Assembly (NCBI RefSeq): GCF_002571385.2
Contig: NW_019217849.1
Location: forward strand, 41,474 to 96,349
Length of the DNA stretch: 54,876 nucleotides
Direction: 5' to 3'
Source: Stylophora pistillata
Lineage: Eukaryota
In this document: piece by piece, positions 37,850 to 54,876 of the stretch
Layout of the letters: every line of letters starts with the position of its first letter
Numbering within the stretch: the first letter of the stretch is position 1
Made by a program: the position numbers and the translations under genes
Notes under the pieces: model-generated
Database searches by the model: none
What the model was told of the DNA's origin: nothing
The model's input: only the letters and a program-made list of their open reading frames with translations

Positions 37850-38150
37850 GGTACTGGTTCTTGTCTCTTTTTCTATTTCAATTTCAATATTTCTCTGGAC
37901 ACCATGTATATTGCATTAGTATCTTCAGTAGTTTGTCTTGGCAAGTTCAAGTCTGATCATGCAGCTCAACTGAAGTCATGAAGAAGGTACCAGTTCTTGT
38001 TTCTTTTTCAATTTCAATATTTCTCTGGACACCATGTATATTCCATTAGTATCTTCAGTAGTTTGGCTTGGCAAGCTCAATTTTGATCACGCAGCTCAAC
38101 TCTGATCATGCAGCTCAACTCTGATCACGCAGCTCAACTCCGATCATGAA
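37850..38150. repeat. ~130-bp tandem duplication followed by a 19-bp minisatellite (TGATCAYGCAGCTCAACTC x3)
   Basis: TTTCAATTTCAATATTTCTCTGGACACCATGTATATT...GGCAAG occurs twice, and 19-bp units repeat at ~38084-38146. Confidence 0.85.
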
Positions 38151-38385
38151 AAAGGTTCCTCCTTTGAGGTATTCTGGTGTGAATGATAATTTTTATCCAA
38201 ATTGCATTTAATGCAGTGGATACTTATGTCAAGTCAGCAACATATTTGTTTGTGCAGTTCAACTCAAATGGTGAAACAGGTTCCTTTGAGATAATTCCGG
38301 AATGAATTTTCACTTCAAATTATTGGCAATGTGGTGGATGCTTTGCTTAATTGACAGCATTTTTGCTCGTTTGTGTATTGAAACA

Positions 38386-38645
38386 TTGGCTAAATCTTGG
38401 TGCAGGCCTTCAAGGTATCAGGTACCAAAGTCAAGTTTGTTACTGTGTTTTGTCTGATATTGAAATTATTGTAGAAGAATGGTGTATTCCAATTAGTTCT
38501 ACAGTGACAGTTAAACTGCAATAATTGGCTAAATCTTGGCAAACCTTCAAGAAAGCAGGTACCAAAGTTAAGTTTGTTTCTGTGTTTTGTCTGATTTAAA
38601 CATTTTTGTGGAAGAACAGTGTATTCCAATTAGATCTACAGTCAC
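38386..38645. repeat. ~140-bp diverged tandem duplication
   Basis: TTGGCTAAATCTTGG...CAGGTACCAAAGT.AAGTTTGTT.CTGTGTTTTGTCTGAT...GTGTATTCCAATTAG.TCTACAGT occurs twice. Confidence 0.85.
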
Positions 38646-41600
38646 TCTTGTACTGGGAATGAACTTCCATGTGTCCAGCAAAGAGGAAAAGGAATGAATC
38701 AAACCAAGGAATCAAAGTATTGTACAGTTAAATTTGAAACTACTTCTTGCTGCTATGGTTTTTCCTCCGGAAGTATTTTGTTAAGTCCAATTTGTGTGCG
38801 AGCCATGCATGTGTTGTTCTTTTCAACAGTGTTAAATTATCAGGTGGACAAAGTCCTAAAGTACAATTATTCCGTCTGCAAAAAGTGGTGTATTCTTTAG
38901 AGAAACTTTTTGATTGTGATAGCTTCCGGTCCTTGCCGAGAACTGACTGAAAAAGTACACAGATCCGAAACTGTTCTCCATGTGAAGGTCTGAGTTGACT
39001 GCTTAGTTGTCCAGTGCATTGTTCAAGTAAGATCCTGTTTTGATTTCCTCTTGGAATTCTTTTTTTGTGCAAACGTTGCGTATTATGTCAGTTTCCACAG
39101 CCTTGCTCCAACCTTTCTCTGGTCTGCATAGTAGGACAAGCTAAAATGGGCTGGCAGCATTTGCCTTGTTTCATTTCTAACAACAACTTTCCGTAGAGAC
39201 TAATGGAATCTTGTGATTCCTGTGAATTCCAAGGTCTGGAACTCTGGAATACAGGTATCGGCCCTTAAATTTTTTTGATGTGAATTTTCAGCGCTGTAAT
39301 TCAAGTAGATGTGGTGTGTATACTTTGTTCAATTTTTACAGCACTTTCATACACAAGATGGAATTTCACTATAGAAACTTGGACACCTTTGAGCAATTGC
39401 CTGGTGTGCACATTGTGTTGTAAGTCTGGAAAGTCAACAAGCTCTGTTTTGCTGTTAAATGCAAATTTTCAAGACATTTACAAGTCACTCTTGTGGCATT
39501 CATTGAAAATTTTTTATATGTGCAAATGTTGGATATTCTGTTAGATTTCACAGCTTTCTGGTAATTTTCACATCACTCCAAAACAAGGTGGATTGAAAGT
39601 TGCAAATTTCCCCCTGGCAGTCAGCTGCTTTCTAGTCTTTCTATTTACATCACTTCGGATAAACTCTGGTAAAATGGATCCCCAAAATACAGGTATTGGA
39701 TCTTTATTTTTCCATCATAATGGCTTGATTTCAACTTTCGTGTCAACACCGTGTGTTCCATCAGCGTCTTGAGAAGTTTCTGTTTGGCAAGCTCCACTTC
39801 AGCTTGGGATCTACAAAGTAAGGCTTGATTGGAATCTCTTTTGCCATCACATTCAATTAGAAATGGTTTTGTGGGAAACTGTGTATATTTTGTAAGTCTC
39901 TGCAGCCCTCATGAACAACTCTCACTGGATGAAGGTTAGTTTTCTAATGCATATTTGTTTCCAGTTGGAAAGATATTGTGTATTTTTTTCCCAAGAGAAG
40001 TGCTCTTAATGGATCAAGACAAACAATCAGGTTAAACTTTTGCAGTTTTTTTTTCTCATATTGAAAGTCAGTTTGAAGTCTTTCTTGGTAGTCCATTTTT
40101 GTCGTTGTGCAGACAGTGTATACTTCATTCTCATCTTAACAGCGGTAAAGCTGAGTGGATTCAGGTCGGCTTCAGGTTGCATTTTTGACCTTGGAGAATT
40201 TCCATGTATCAGTTTCTTTCCTATTACTATTGTGTATTAGCTGTATTAATGTTAACGGCAAAACATGCATTTAAGGCAACATTAAATGATAGTGTGTATA
40301 CTTCTATTATGACAGTTAATAGAGGAAGTTGTTGTCCTTGTACTCTATGTTGCTATCTCTTAACCAATTATGGATCATGTATGCAGCAGTGTCTATGCAT
40401 GGGCAAAGCTTAATTAAGCAGTTAGATTAGTATATGTTGAAGTAGCAGTTAGATCATTATAGGATAGGGTCTCTGAGGTTGCAGATGTTACAGCAGACGT
40501 CACAGTGCAGAAGATGAGGATGATCTGCTTGAAAGCGGGTGAGTTGAACTCCGCAAGTCCCATACCTAGGAAGGCCAAAGAAGAGCTAAAAAGTAAGGCT
40601 AAATTACCTTTGCCACTTTTATTTTGGTAGGAACATTTAAAATTATAAGGACGTCATGGAATGAGTTACACTCGAGGCCTGGATCAGCGGATATTTGAGG
40701 TACTAAAAGAAAATTAGGAATCGTTTTTAATACTCTCTGAAATGTAATGCGATTTATTCCTTGCTATTCTAATTCAATATTTTTTCTCTCCTTAGATGTC
40801 TTCATGGAATGAAAATGAAGTGGAGATTCATCTGAAATTTTATTCAGTTTTAAATGTGCAAAATGTTTTAGATCGGTCTTTCATGGCATGCCTGGGTGTC
40901 AGCTGCTTGCATTGGGCCAGGACTATGTTTCCAGACTGTTTTTGTCCCACAGAGGGTTTTTTTAGTCTGGTTTTACGCAGCCGGCAGGCAGCACACAAAA
41001 CAGATCTATATGTCAATCACTGTAAGAGTTGAATTACTTGATTTCATCTTGTCAGAGTTATTTTTGGATCATGTATGTCTAATAATTGGATTTTTTTTAT
41101 GTTTGGATGCAACTTGGCATTTATTGACAATAAATTACTTTTGAATGATATCTTTTCTTATTTTTTCTTTTTTTAACATTTAATAGTGGGGGAAATAGAG
41201 GTAATTAAGAAACTTGACACCCAGCTTCCCAGGATAATGTTAAATTTTTCCTGATGAATGGAGCTGTTAAGAAGCCCATTACATGCTAAACGTTCTAGTC
41301 AATGTCCTTAGGCATGTTAACGTTGTTCAACCCCCTCAAGTTGATTTGTTGAAGTAAACTTGGCATTTGATACCAGTTTGTTCAGCTGTGAGGTGACGCA
41401 TCAGCTGAAACTTTAGTACTCCTGGCTAGATACATCTCTCTTGATGGCCAGCTGTGCTAACTGAAGCACATGCCCTTTACCACATTTTGATGAAAACATC
41501 CTAAAATGCATCCCGATTTCTTGAGTAGAACCTTCTGACGAAACAATCTAGGTAAACTCTTGTCGTAATCACGGGGAAGCCAGGGGGCAAAGTTGCATCC

Positions 41601-42127
41601 TGTAGGAAGGAAAAGTTCGCTTTCCTTGCTAGGAGGGAAAAATTTCTATTCGCGGATTCTTTCGCACGCGCTACAGACTTGGCCAAAAGGTAGAGACTGC
41701 TTATAGTTTTGAGGTAGAGCGAAGAATTAAAACTACACCTATTAACTGGAAACTATGGGAAATGTAAAGTACGCGTGGTCAGTAAGCACACTGAAACGTT
41801 CTTTAGTGGTCAAGCTGCTTGGCTCTTACTGTCCAACTTTTTCTGGAGATACTTTTCTAAATCAAGCAGTGGAACAAAGCACAAACAGCAGTTCTTGATT
41901 GCTAAAGTAATTCTCCTTGTCAGAACTATAGAAAACGGGGGGAAATGTTGGAAGAACATACTAATATGCAGTGATATCACGGGTAAATTACCTCAAGGAT
42001 AGAACATAAATTCCAAAATTAACAGTCAACAGAAATGATTATCATGTAAACAGCGATAATTTTTCAAGATAATTTTGGTTATATCAACTGAAATAGTTAA
42101 TGTAACTGGGCCACCGTAGAGTTTCTC

Positions 42128-42305
42128 AACTGACGTCTCAAGCGCATTAGCCCTTTACCCTTCGCTCTGACAAAGGGCTTACGCTTGGAACGTCAGCTTC
42201 GCAACTATTTATGGTAGTCAACTTACAATCTCAACTCAGTTGATAAAACCAAAATTACCTTGTTATACTTCCCCACGATGCAACATAGTTTATTTAGAAA
42301 CTTAT
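42128..42305 (+). mobile_element. Penelope-like terminal-repeat fragment with degenerate hammerhead-like palindrome
   Basis: CTGACGTCTCAAGCG..TTAGCCCTTT...CTGACAAAGGGCTTACGCTTGGAACGTCAG. A related, more decayed copy lies at ~43322-43465. Confidence 0.5.
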
Positions 42306-42515
42306 CCCCTTGATTCAGTGACAAGTTTTGGTTTGTTCTCAAAGAACTCGTATATCTAATAGAGAGGGGTCAGACTGGTTTCCATGACTATTCTTTTATC
42401 GTGTAATAAACTTAAATCTTGATTTTGTTAAATATATCTATTTTAATGGTCACTAATTTTGTTCGTTAAATTGTATAGAGTTGAGAACAGCTGCAGACAT
42501 GTAAAAGAACTATTG

Positions 42516-48144
<5,629 letters not shown>

Positions 48145-49259
48145 AACAAAAAGAGCAGAACCAACTGCAAAAGAAATATTTTTGAGATCTGGTTTACAAC
48201 AAAATTTTGCCTTTGTTACTCTGGGCTTTTCAGGGTCTGCAACAGTGAGGATGTGAAAAATGACATCCAGTTATTGTGCTGTGGTGATGAATTTTGGCCA
48301 TGATGGAATATTTAACAAACAAAAATTTTATTTCTGGAAAGGATTGGGTTGATGCCAACAACTGCATAAGTTTGGCAGTTGAATAAAGTGCACTGTTACT
48401 CCTTTAACTGAGTTCTAAATATGTTGTTTTTTTGGTGCTCTAAGTTAGTTTTTTGTTTTTTCTCCACAGCACAACTTGAACTATTTATATGATCAAGGTT
48501 CGTTTCGAAATTTTCCGGTATGATGACTGCAAAAGGAGACAAAATAGAATCACTTCCCCTTAATAATTACACAAGCTCATTTCCAAGTCAACTTTTGACA
48601 AATGTTTAAAATGTTTTCATCAGGACATGCTTCATTGAATTAGAAGTAGAAGACTGAATTAAATTATACATCAATGTACGGAAAGCGAAGAAGGAATTAA
48701 GTTACAAATACACCCCATCATAATCAACAAAACTTCACGAACTTGACAATATATCATGGAGATAATGTTCCACGTTTCGGGGATACCTGGGACTCTAATC
48801 GATCAGCGCCAAAAACAAATCAAAAGACAGATGCATTAGACGATAACGTCTGGACAATTATATTAGAGTTTCCCATAAACATCTGACCCCACCATGTGTT
48901 TAGCTCAAACACTGAGACATAGTATAACTCTCTCAAATATTTCTTTAGGATTCCTACCTGAGCAGTTGACGCATTTTAAAGTTCGAATCTGATGACCGTA
49001 CTATGTTTCGACTTTTTTTTTTCTCGACATTAAATGTCAACCATTCGAAAGAAATGTGACGGGTAGAAGAAACTTACACCCGTCGATTACAAGAACGCAT
49101 ATTTATCTCATTCTCGCAACGGTCTGCGCTGTTCGGTCATTTTAGTGTTCTTTCGGACAATCATACTGATCGAATATACCTTTAGTCAACCTCTTTCAGC
49201 TGGTTGTATTTCCCGCTTCTTTTTTTGTGATATATTATGGTCTTTTTCTTGTGAAAAAC

Positions 49260-49400
49260 TATCATGGTTTATCCGCCATCCCTTCATTTCTCTCTTCTCG
49301 GTGTAACCTTCCCTGCTAACCTAGCGCACCTTCATGCAGAGATAAGACCGGAAGTCGACTTGATCTTCCTGTCATTCCCGTCTGCCACGAATAGTCTTGT
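49260..49400. promoter_or_regulatory. Putative shared promoter for ZNF410-like and XPO1
   Basis: ETS-type CCGGAAGT at ~49348 and an opposed CTTCCTGT at ~49365. A YY1-like GATGGCGG lies on the minus strand at ~49273-49280. A minus-strand donor GTAAGT at ~49072-49077 and an acceptor at ~48165 suggest a non-coding first exon. Confidence 0.45.
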
Positions 49401-50279
49401 TTAGAACATAGGTTTCGTAACTTTGAAATGTTTTCTCTGTTAGAGGTCTTCTATTTTTAGTTGTTTATTGAATGAAGATCTGGATTTGATAAAATAAGAT
49501 TTACAGTTCATAGGCAAAAGATTTCTTTTCTCTTAAGTATATACTTTTGCTGTGAGACGAAAAAGGAAAACAAATTTAAAGTCACGTTTCGTGCATAAAC
49601 GTACGGAAAAAATTTATTGCTGATTTCTCTTACATTTCTTTATGCAAAAGTTGATTCCTTGCAATTTGCCATTTGGGTAAACGTCGGGCTAAAGTCCTCT
49701 ACACAAAGCATAAAGTCTACGTGCGATAACTATGGATCAGACGAGTTTCGAACGCTTGCGCTTCCGTACACGTAAACGAGGCAGGCTTAATTAATTCATG
49801 AGAGGTGCACGTGCCGCGTTCGTGAATGGGATTTTACTATTAAAAGAGCGGAAATAGGTCACTGAATTGTCAAATTTTACTATTTTTGGCTTCGAAAACA
49901 ACGGCATGTCGGTCGATCGCCCTTCGACTCAAGAACCTTCGATTGCTCATATTCTATAAATGTTACATAAGCAGAAACGTAATATCTAATGAAAAATTCC
50001 TTTTTTGTAGTGATCACGAGTAAGAGATTTCAATACTGATTCATTCCATCAACGATGTTTCAGAGAAAGAGAAAGAGAAAAGGCTCCAAAACCTGTTACA
50101 TCCGGGCTTTTCTAGCAATATGACTGGTTTAAACCGGGAAAAGCGGTGCAAACTGGCCACGGTGTTCGCTAATACACTCATACAGTGCTCTGAGAAGGTC
50201 GCATTGAAAATTGTTCCCGTATTTTTTTACATCAAAATCCAGATTATATTTATTTCTCGTGGTCTATCCATTTGCTCCA

Positions 50280-53200
50280 ATGCCTACAGCAATGGCAACC
50301 ATAGAGCATGCCACGCAGCTGCTGGATTTTACGCAAAAACTCGATATAACTTTACTAGACTCGGTTGTCTCGTGTTTTTACATGGCTCAGGGACCGCAGG
50401 TTCATACATATTTTCCGTTCATTTTATGACTGTATCATGTGCAGATTTTGAAAATGGCTCTCTGACTGACGGATTACTTTTCGCTTCATCAGCAACGAAT
50501 GGCAGACCAGATCCTAACTCAACTGAAACAGCACCCGGACGCCTGGACAAGAGTAGATACAATACTCGAATTTTCAAATAACCAGCAGACCAAGGTGGGT
50601 GACAGGCTTCAATTTGGGATTTTCCTTAAAATTGATATTTTTTAAGCTATTCTTATTCTTCTTGTTCCAGTATTTCGCACTCCAAATACTCGAATCAGTT
50701 ATCAAAACGCGATGGAAAGTTCTTCCGTCTGAGCAGTGCGAAGGTTAGTGAGCAAGTAGGAAGTTTACTATAAGTCTGGCAGACAAATTATCATTTCCAT
50801 AATTTGACAGCGAAACCAATTAAAGAAATCCTTTTCATGCGGTAAAATAAGATTTTGATTTTACATTTTTCAGGGATTAAGAAATATATGGTAGGGCTCA
50901 TAATAAAGATATCGTCTGAAGGCGATATGTTGGAGGTGTGTATGTTGTTTACTAAGTTGGTTTTTTTGTTTTCGCGTGACATTGTCTATTACTCTGTCTT
51001 CGCAGCGAATTTTTTCAGTCTCCTCTAAAATAAACTTATTTTTTATAGCCATTTTCAGAAAGAAAAGACATATATTGGAAAGTTGAATATGATTTTAGTG
51101 GAGGTATGTGTAGTCAAGTGCCCGTTTACCATTTCAAGGGTGATTCCCGCCAAAATATTCACATTTAGAATGCGATTTTCAGTGGTCAGTCGTAGTAGTG
51201 ACATTAATTTCAGCAGAAGAATGTTTTGTTCGTTTGTGCAAACGACATCTGCAGTAGTTTAAGTTTTAAGTTATCAAAAACATTGATTATTTAGTCAGCT
51301 AATGCTGTTTATGACAGGTGTTTATGGGTAAAAGGAACCAACTGGCGGGTTGCCAGACATACCCTTTTTACCAGGAGCGTTAAAGCTCACATTTTAGTCG
51401 AATTTGAGTACCGTTAAAATTGACCACTTGATATTGTCCCTTGTCCCAAAGGTTTGGATTGCATGCATTTACAGCTTGCTTCAGCATTGAATATTAAGCA
51501 CTATTATGCAGCATCTTATTTTTAGCTTATGCCTGATTTGGCAAATAGTCAATTATTATTTGAAAGTGTTTTAAATATTAAAAATGTTTTAATGAATTGT
51601 TGTTTGTTGAAATGTGGCATTTTTAAGAAGACGTGTTTTATATTCTATTTTTATCTTGTGGTTACTTCTAATTCATACGTTTTGTAGATTTTGAAGCATG
51701 AATGGCCCAAGAAATGGCCAAGTTTTATGGGCGACATAGTTGGTGCGAGTAAGGCAAACGAGTCTCTTTGCCAAAACAACATGGTGATTCTTAAACTTCT
51801 CAGGTAAGTGTTTATCTGTGCAACCATTTAAAATTAAATTTGAAGGATTGTACAATTTTAGATTACTTTTAGTCGCAATTTGATACTACAGATATTTAAA
51901 GATTTGGTGTTATTGAAGGCCCTTTAACACAATCATATGCAAATGATTGCATATGAAAACATGCGAAAACAACATCGTGATTCTTAAACTTCTCAGGTAA
52001 GTGTTTCTGTGCAACCACTTAAAATTAAATTTGAAGGATTGTGTAATTTTAGATTACTTTTAATCACAATTTGATATTACATATATTTAAAGATTTCTTG
52101 GTGTTGTTGAAGGTCCTTTAACACAATCATATGCAAATATTGTTTTGATAAGACTAGAATGATCCTTAACTACAGGAACAAATGAAAATCTGAAATTAAA
52201 TTATGCACAAACTCAGTTATTAATTCTGTTGAAAGTGAACCTAGTAACCACATAGAAATATGAAGACAGAAGTAAGTACAGTCAAACCTCAATTGTCTGG
52301 ACGTTGATTATCCAGATTTCTCAGTCCTCCTGACTTTTTCTCTGGTCCCAATTTTGTCATGAATATTTATTAGTCATGATCAAGATCTGTAGCCGTATTC
52401 TTTTTAAAAATACAGTGTTGAATGGTGAAGTAAAGGAGAATTTGTTTTGCTTTAAAAAGGCAAAAGCAGTGCTCGTGTGCAACTGTATGAAGAACATTCA
52501 AATGAGGTCTGATTGGCTTAGAGTTGTTTTATTTCTAAGTGAGGTTTAATGCCCTATTGGCTTGTTTGATATGGTGGGCAAGATAAACTTTATTTATTTT
52601 CTATTCTTTCGATAAAAGATAAACAGTCTACAGTTTTTCTACTAGAGAAAAGAGAAAAAGGAACTAGTTTGTCACTTTTTTTAATTTAATCAGTTTTGTT
52701 CCTCATTAATATTCATATTCTCCATTATGTGGACCCTTTATTATCCGAACTATTTCGTCTAGTCCCAACGAGTCTGGATAATCAAGGTTCGGCAGTAGTC
52801 CTGATTGCTCACTTTTGGGTTCAACAAGGTCTTGCAAACATTTTTTTTTTTTCTTGATTGCAGTTCTTACCAGAGAGTTTATCTTTAAAAGTAAACTGTT
52901 TTCGTCTTGCCTCTTTTCCCAACACAGCCTCACTCTGATTCAGTTGAGCCTAAGCAGCTTTCTCCGATTTCTTATTTCTGTGGTGTCTGTGGACTTTCAG
53001 TTATTTTTATTTCTTTCAGTGAGGAAGTTTTTGACTTCTCCAGTGGTCAGATGACACAAACAAAGGCAAAACACTTAAAGGACAGGTAAGAAAGAAAATT
53101 GATTTTTGTTTAGTTACCATGTTTGTAATTTTCCATTGTGCAGTGACATAAATTCCATCAGACATAACAATAAATACTGCTGATTTCCTTTCCTCTCTCC

Positions 53201-54820
53201 TCTGCTCTACCTGTGTTTTGGTAAACTGTCTTCAAATTACTATTAGCAATCTCACGACTGGGTTACCAGGGCACTGTCAGCTATAACATCAGAACCTATG
53301 TAAAAGCTGTCTACCTTAACCATGNGCAGTAGTCCTGATTGCTCACTTTTGGGTTCAACAAGGTCTTGCAAACATTTTTTTTTTTTCTTGATTGCAGTTC
53401 TTACCAGAGAGTTTATCTTTAAAAGTAAACTGTTTTCGTCTTGCCTCTTTTCCCAACACAGCCTCACTCTGATTCAGTTGAGCCTAAGCAGCTTTCTCTG
53501 ATTTCTTATTTCTGTGGTGTCTGTGGACTTTCAGTTATTTTTATTTCTTTCAGTGAGGAAGTTTTTGACTTCTCCAGTGGTCAGATGACACAAACAAAGG
53601 CAAAACACTTAAAGGACAGGTAAGAAAGAAAATTGATTTTTGTTTAGTTACCATGTTTGTAATTTTCCATTGTGCAGTGACATAAATTCCATCAGACATA
53701 ACAATAAATACTGCTGATTTCCTTTCCTCTCTCCTCTGCTCTACCTGTGTTTTGGTAAACTGTCTTCAAATTACTGTTAGCAATCTCATGAGTGGGTTAC
53801 CAGGGCACTGTCAGCTATAACATCAGAACCTATGTAAAAGCTGTCTACCTTAACCATGAGTGCCTGGAAACTGAAACTCTCAATCTCCACCTTAGTCCCA
53901 CAACTGTTAGCAGGGCTCGACACTAACTTTTCAACTTGTGGAAATAAAAAATCACTCGCCAAAACTGAATTTCTACTAGTCTGTGGCTAATTGGCTAGTG
54001 TTAGTGTCGAGCCCTGGTTAGTAATTTTTGTTGTCACCATTATATCATCTCACTGAAAATACCATGAAATAATTAGCAAATATATTTTTTAATTTGGCAG
54101 CATGTGTAGTGAATTCTTGCAGATATTTACCCTTTGCCAATTTGTTTTGGTAAGTTGTGGACTTAATTCTTACATTTTGGAATTCATTTTATAACATCAT
54201 CTACTGTGAAAGGAGACTCCCGGTACAGCTGTTAATTTGCTTTATGGCTCTCTGAGAATATTTCCCATGAAGTCTGTTTCTGTTTAGACATGATTTATGA
54301 AATAATTCTTTTGCAAATTATTTATGCAGGTGACTTGCTGTGGTAAATAACCTTTACTAGATTTATTTTAAAAGCATGATCTCTTCAAAAAAAAAATTAA
54401 TATTGGAATTTTTTCTTGTTCAGGGCAACTCTCAAAATGTCACCCTTATTGGTGCTACACTAGAGGTTAGTAGGCTCCATTCTAAAGAGGGCATTAGATG
54501 ATGGTAGTTGCTATTTTAAGTTACAGAATGTGTACTGTTTTTTTTTTTTTTTTTTTGGTTTGTTTTTTTTGTTTTTTTGTGTTGTTTTTAAAGGCACACT
54601 GTGAATTTGTCATATGCTTTGTTGTGTCACAATGAAATTTTCAGAACAAAAAGGTCTGTTAAGATCAATTTTAAAATAAGGATGAGCCAGACTGGCAAGC
54701 ATGACATTCTTTGATTCATATCCTGTTTTTCTATTGTGGTAGACCCTACTACGGTTTCTGAACTGGATTCCCCTTGGTTACATTTTCGAGACACAGCTGA
54801 ACAGCACTCTTGTTTGCAAG
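50280..54820 (+). CDS. XPO1: Exportin-1 (CRM1), 5' part running off the window; exons 50280-50399, 50493-50594, 50671-50743, 50874-50935, 51059-51103, 51688-51803, 53020-53085 (duplicated at 53554-53619), 54101-54149, 54424-54465, 54743-54820
   Basis: Motifs [86 protein letters not shown] and [19 protein letters not shown] are present. Confidence 0.97.
52279..52795. mobile_element. Tc1/mariner-type MITE with degenerate TIRs and TA flanks
   Basis: TA|CAGTCAAACCTCAATTGTCTGGAC...GTCTGGATAATCAAGGTTCGGCAG|TA. Confidence 0.55.
53911..54016. mobile_element. Short MITE with perfect 17-bp TIR CAGGGCTCGACACTAAC
   Basis: The TIRs are exact reverse complements and are flanked by GTTAG direct repeats. 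Confidence 0.8.
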
Positions 54821-54876
54821 GTAAGCTGGGAGATAACCCATAACAGCACAATTGACAAATGGTAAACACCCCAGCG

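Larger units (their letters stand above)
29300..40250 (-). pseudogene. Heavily decayed large multidomain gene, SAMD9/Schlafen-like (repeat array + AlbA_2-like + STAND NTPase); boundaries approximate
   Basis: Ordered minus-strand motif remnants are broken by many stops and frameshifts; see findings. Confidence 0.5.

Noticed and set aside
38084-38146. Short direct-repeat array (CRISPR-like?)
   Set aside because: The 19-bp units are contiguous with no spacers, the context is eukaryotic and there are no cas genes. It is a minisatellite.
29300-40250. Endogenous virus or large transposon as the source of the 11-kb block
   Set aside because: I saw no LTRs, TIRs, or RT, integrase, polymerase or capsid motifs, and the remnants fit a cellular STAND protein better. 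It cannot be fully excluded without a search.
49262-49279. Minus-strand ATG in good context as the ZNF410 start
   Set aside because: It closes after five codons (MADKP*), so it is at most a uORF or YY1 site.
50120-50581. 153-aa ORF overlapping the XPO1 start (likewise 15199-15654, 21007-21435, 44071-44532)
   Set aside because: These are alternative-frame or antisense overlaps of well-supported exons that run through introns.
52791-53858. 534-bp tandem duplication giving two copies of XPO1 exon 7 (possible mutually exclusive exons)
   Set aside because: The copies are separated by a single N at 53325, the exons are identical, and the introns differ by only a few SNPs. This is typical of unmerged haplotypes at a contig join.

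Overview
This is a draft-assembly window of animal genomic DNA with spliceosomal introns and N gaps. Gene content and repeat families suggest a stony coral or other anthozoan (inference). I reconstructed exon-by-exon models by hand for SGPP (+), COQ6 (-), COMMD1 (+), ARMT1 (-), NAA80 (+), an intronless SERTA-like gene (+), a 7-finger ZNF410 orthologue (-) and the 5' part of XPO1 (+). Six of these genes form three head-to-head pairs. Introns carry many SINEs, MITEs and LINE fragments. Four observations stand out. (1) An ~11 kb apparently non-coding block (~29.3-40.3 kb) reads on the minus strand as a heavily decayed giant SAMD9/Schlafen-like immune gene, with a tandem domain array, AlbA_2-like modules and STAND-NTPase motifs. 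(2) An otherwise intact COQ6 has an in-frame TAG at a conserved Leu. (3) The COQ6-COMMD1 and ZNF410-XPO1 arrangement looks like the pre-duplication ancestor of human 14q24.3 and 2p15. (4) A TIR element has apparently captured a 119-bp copy of neighbouring DNA. All homology calls are from recognition by eye; no searches were run.
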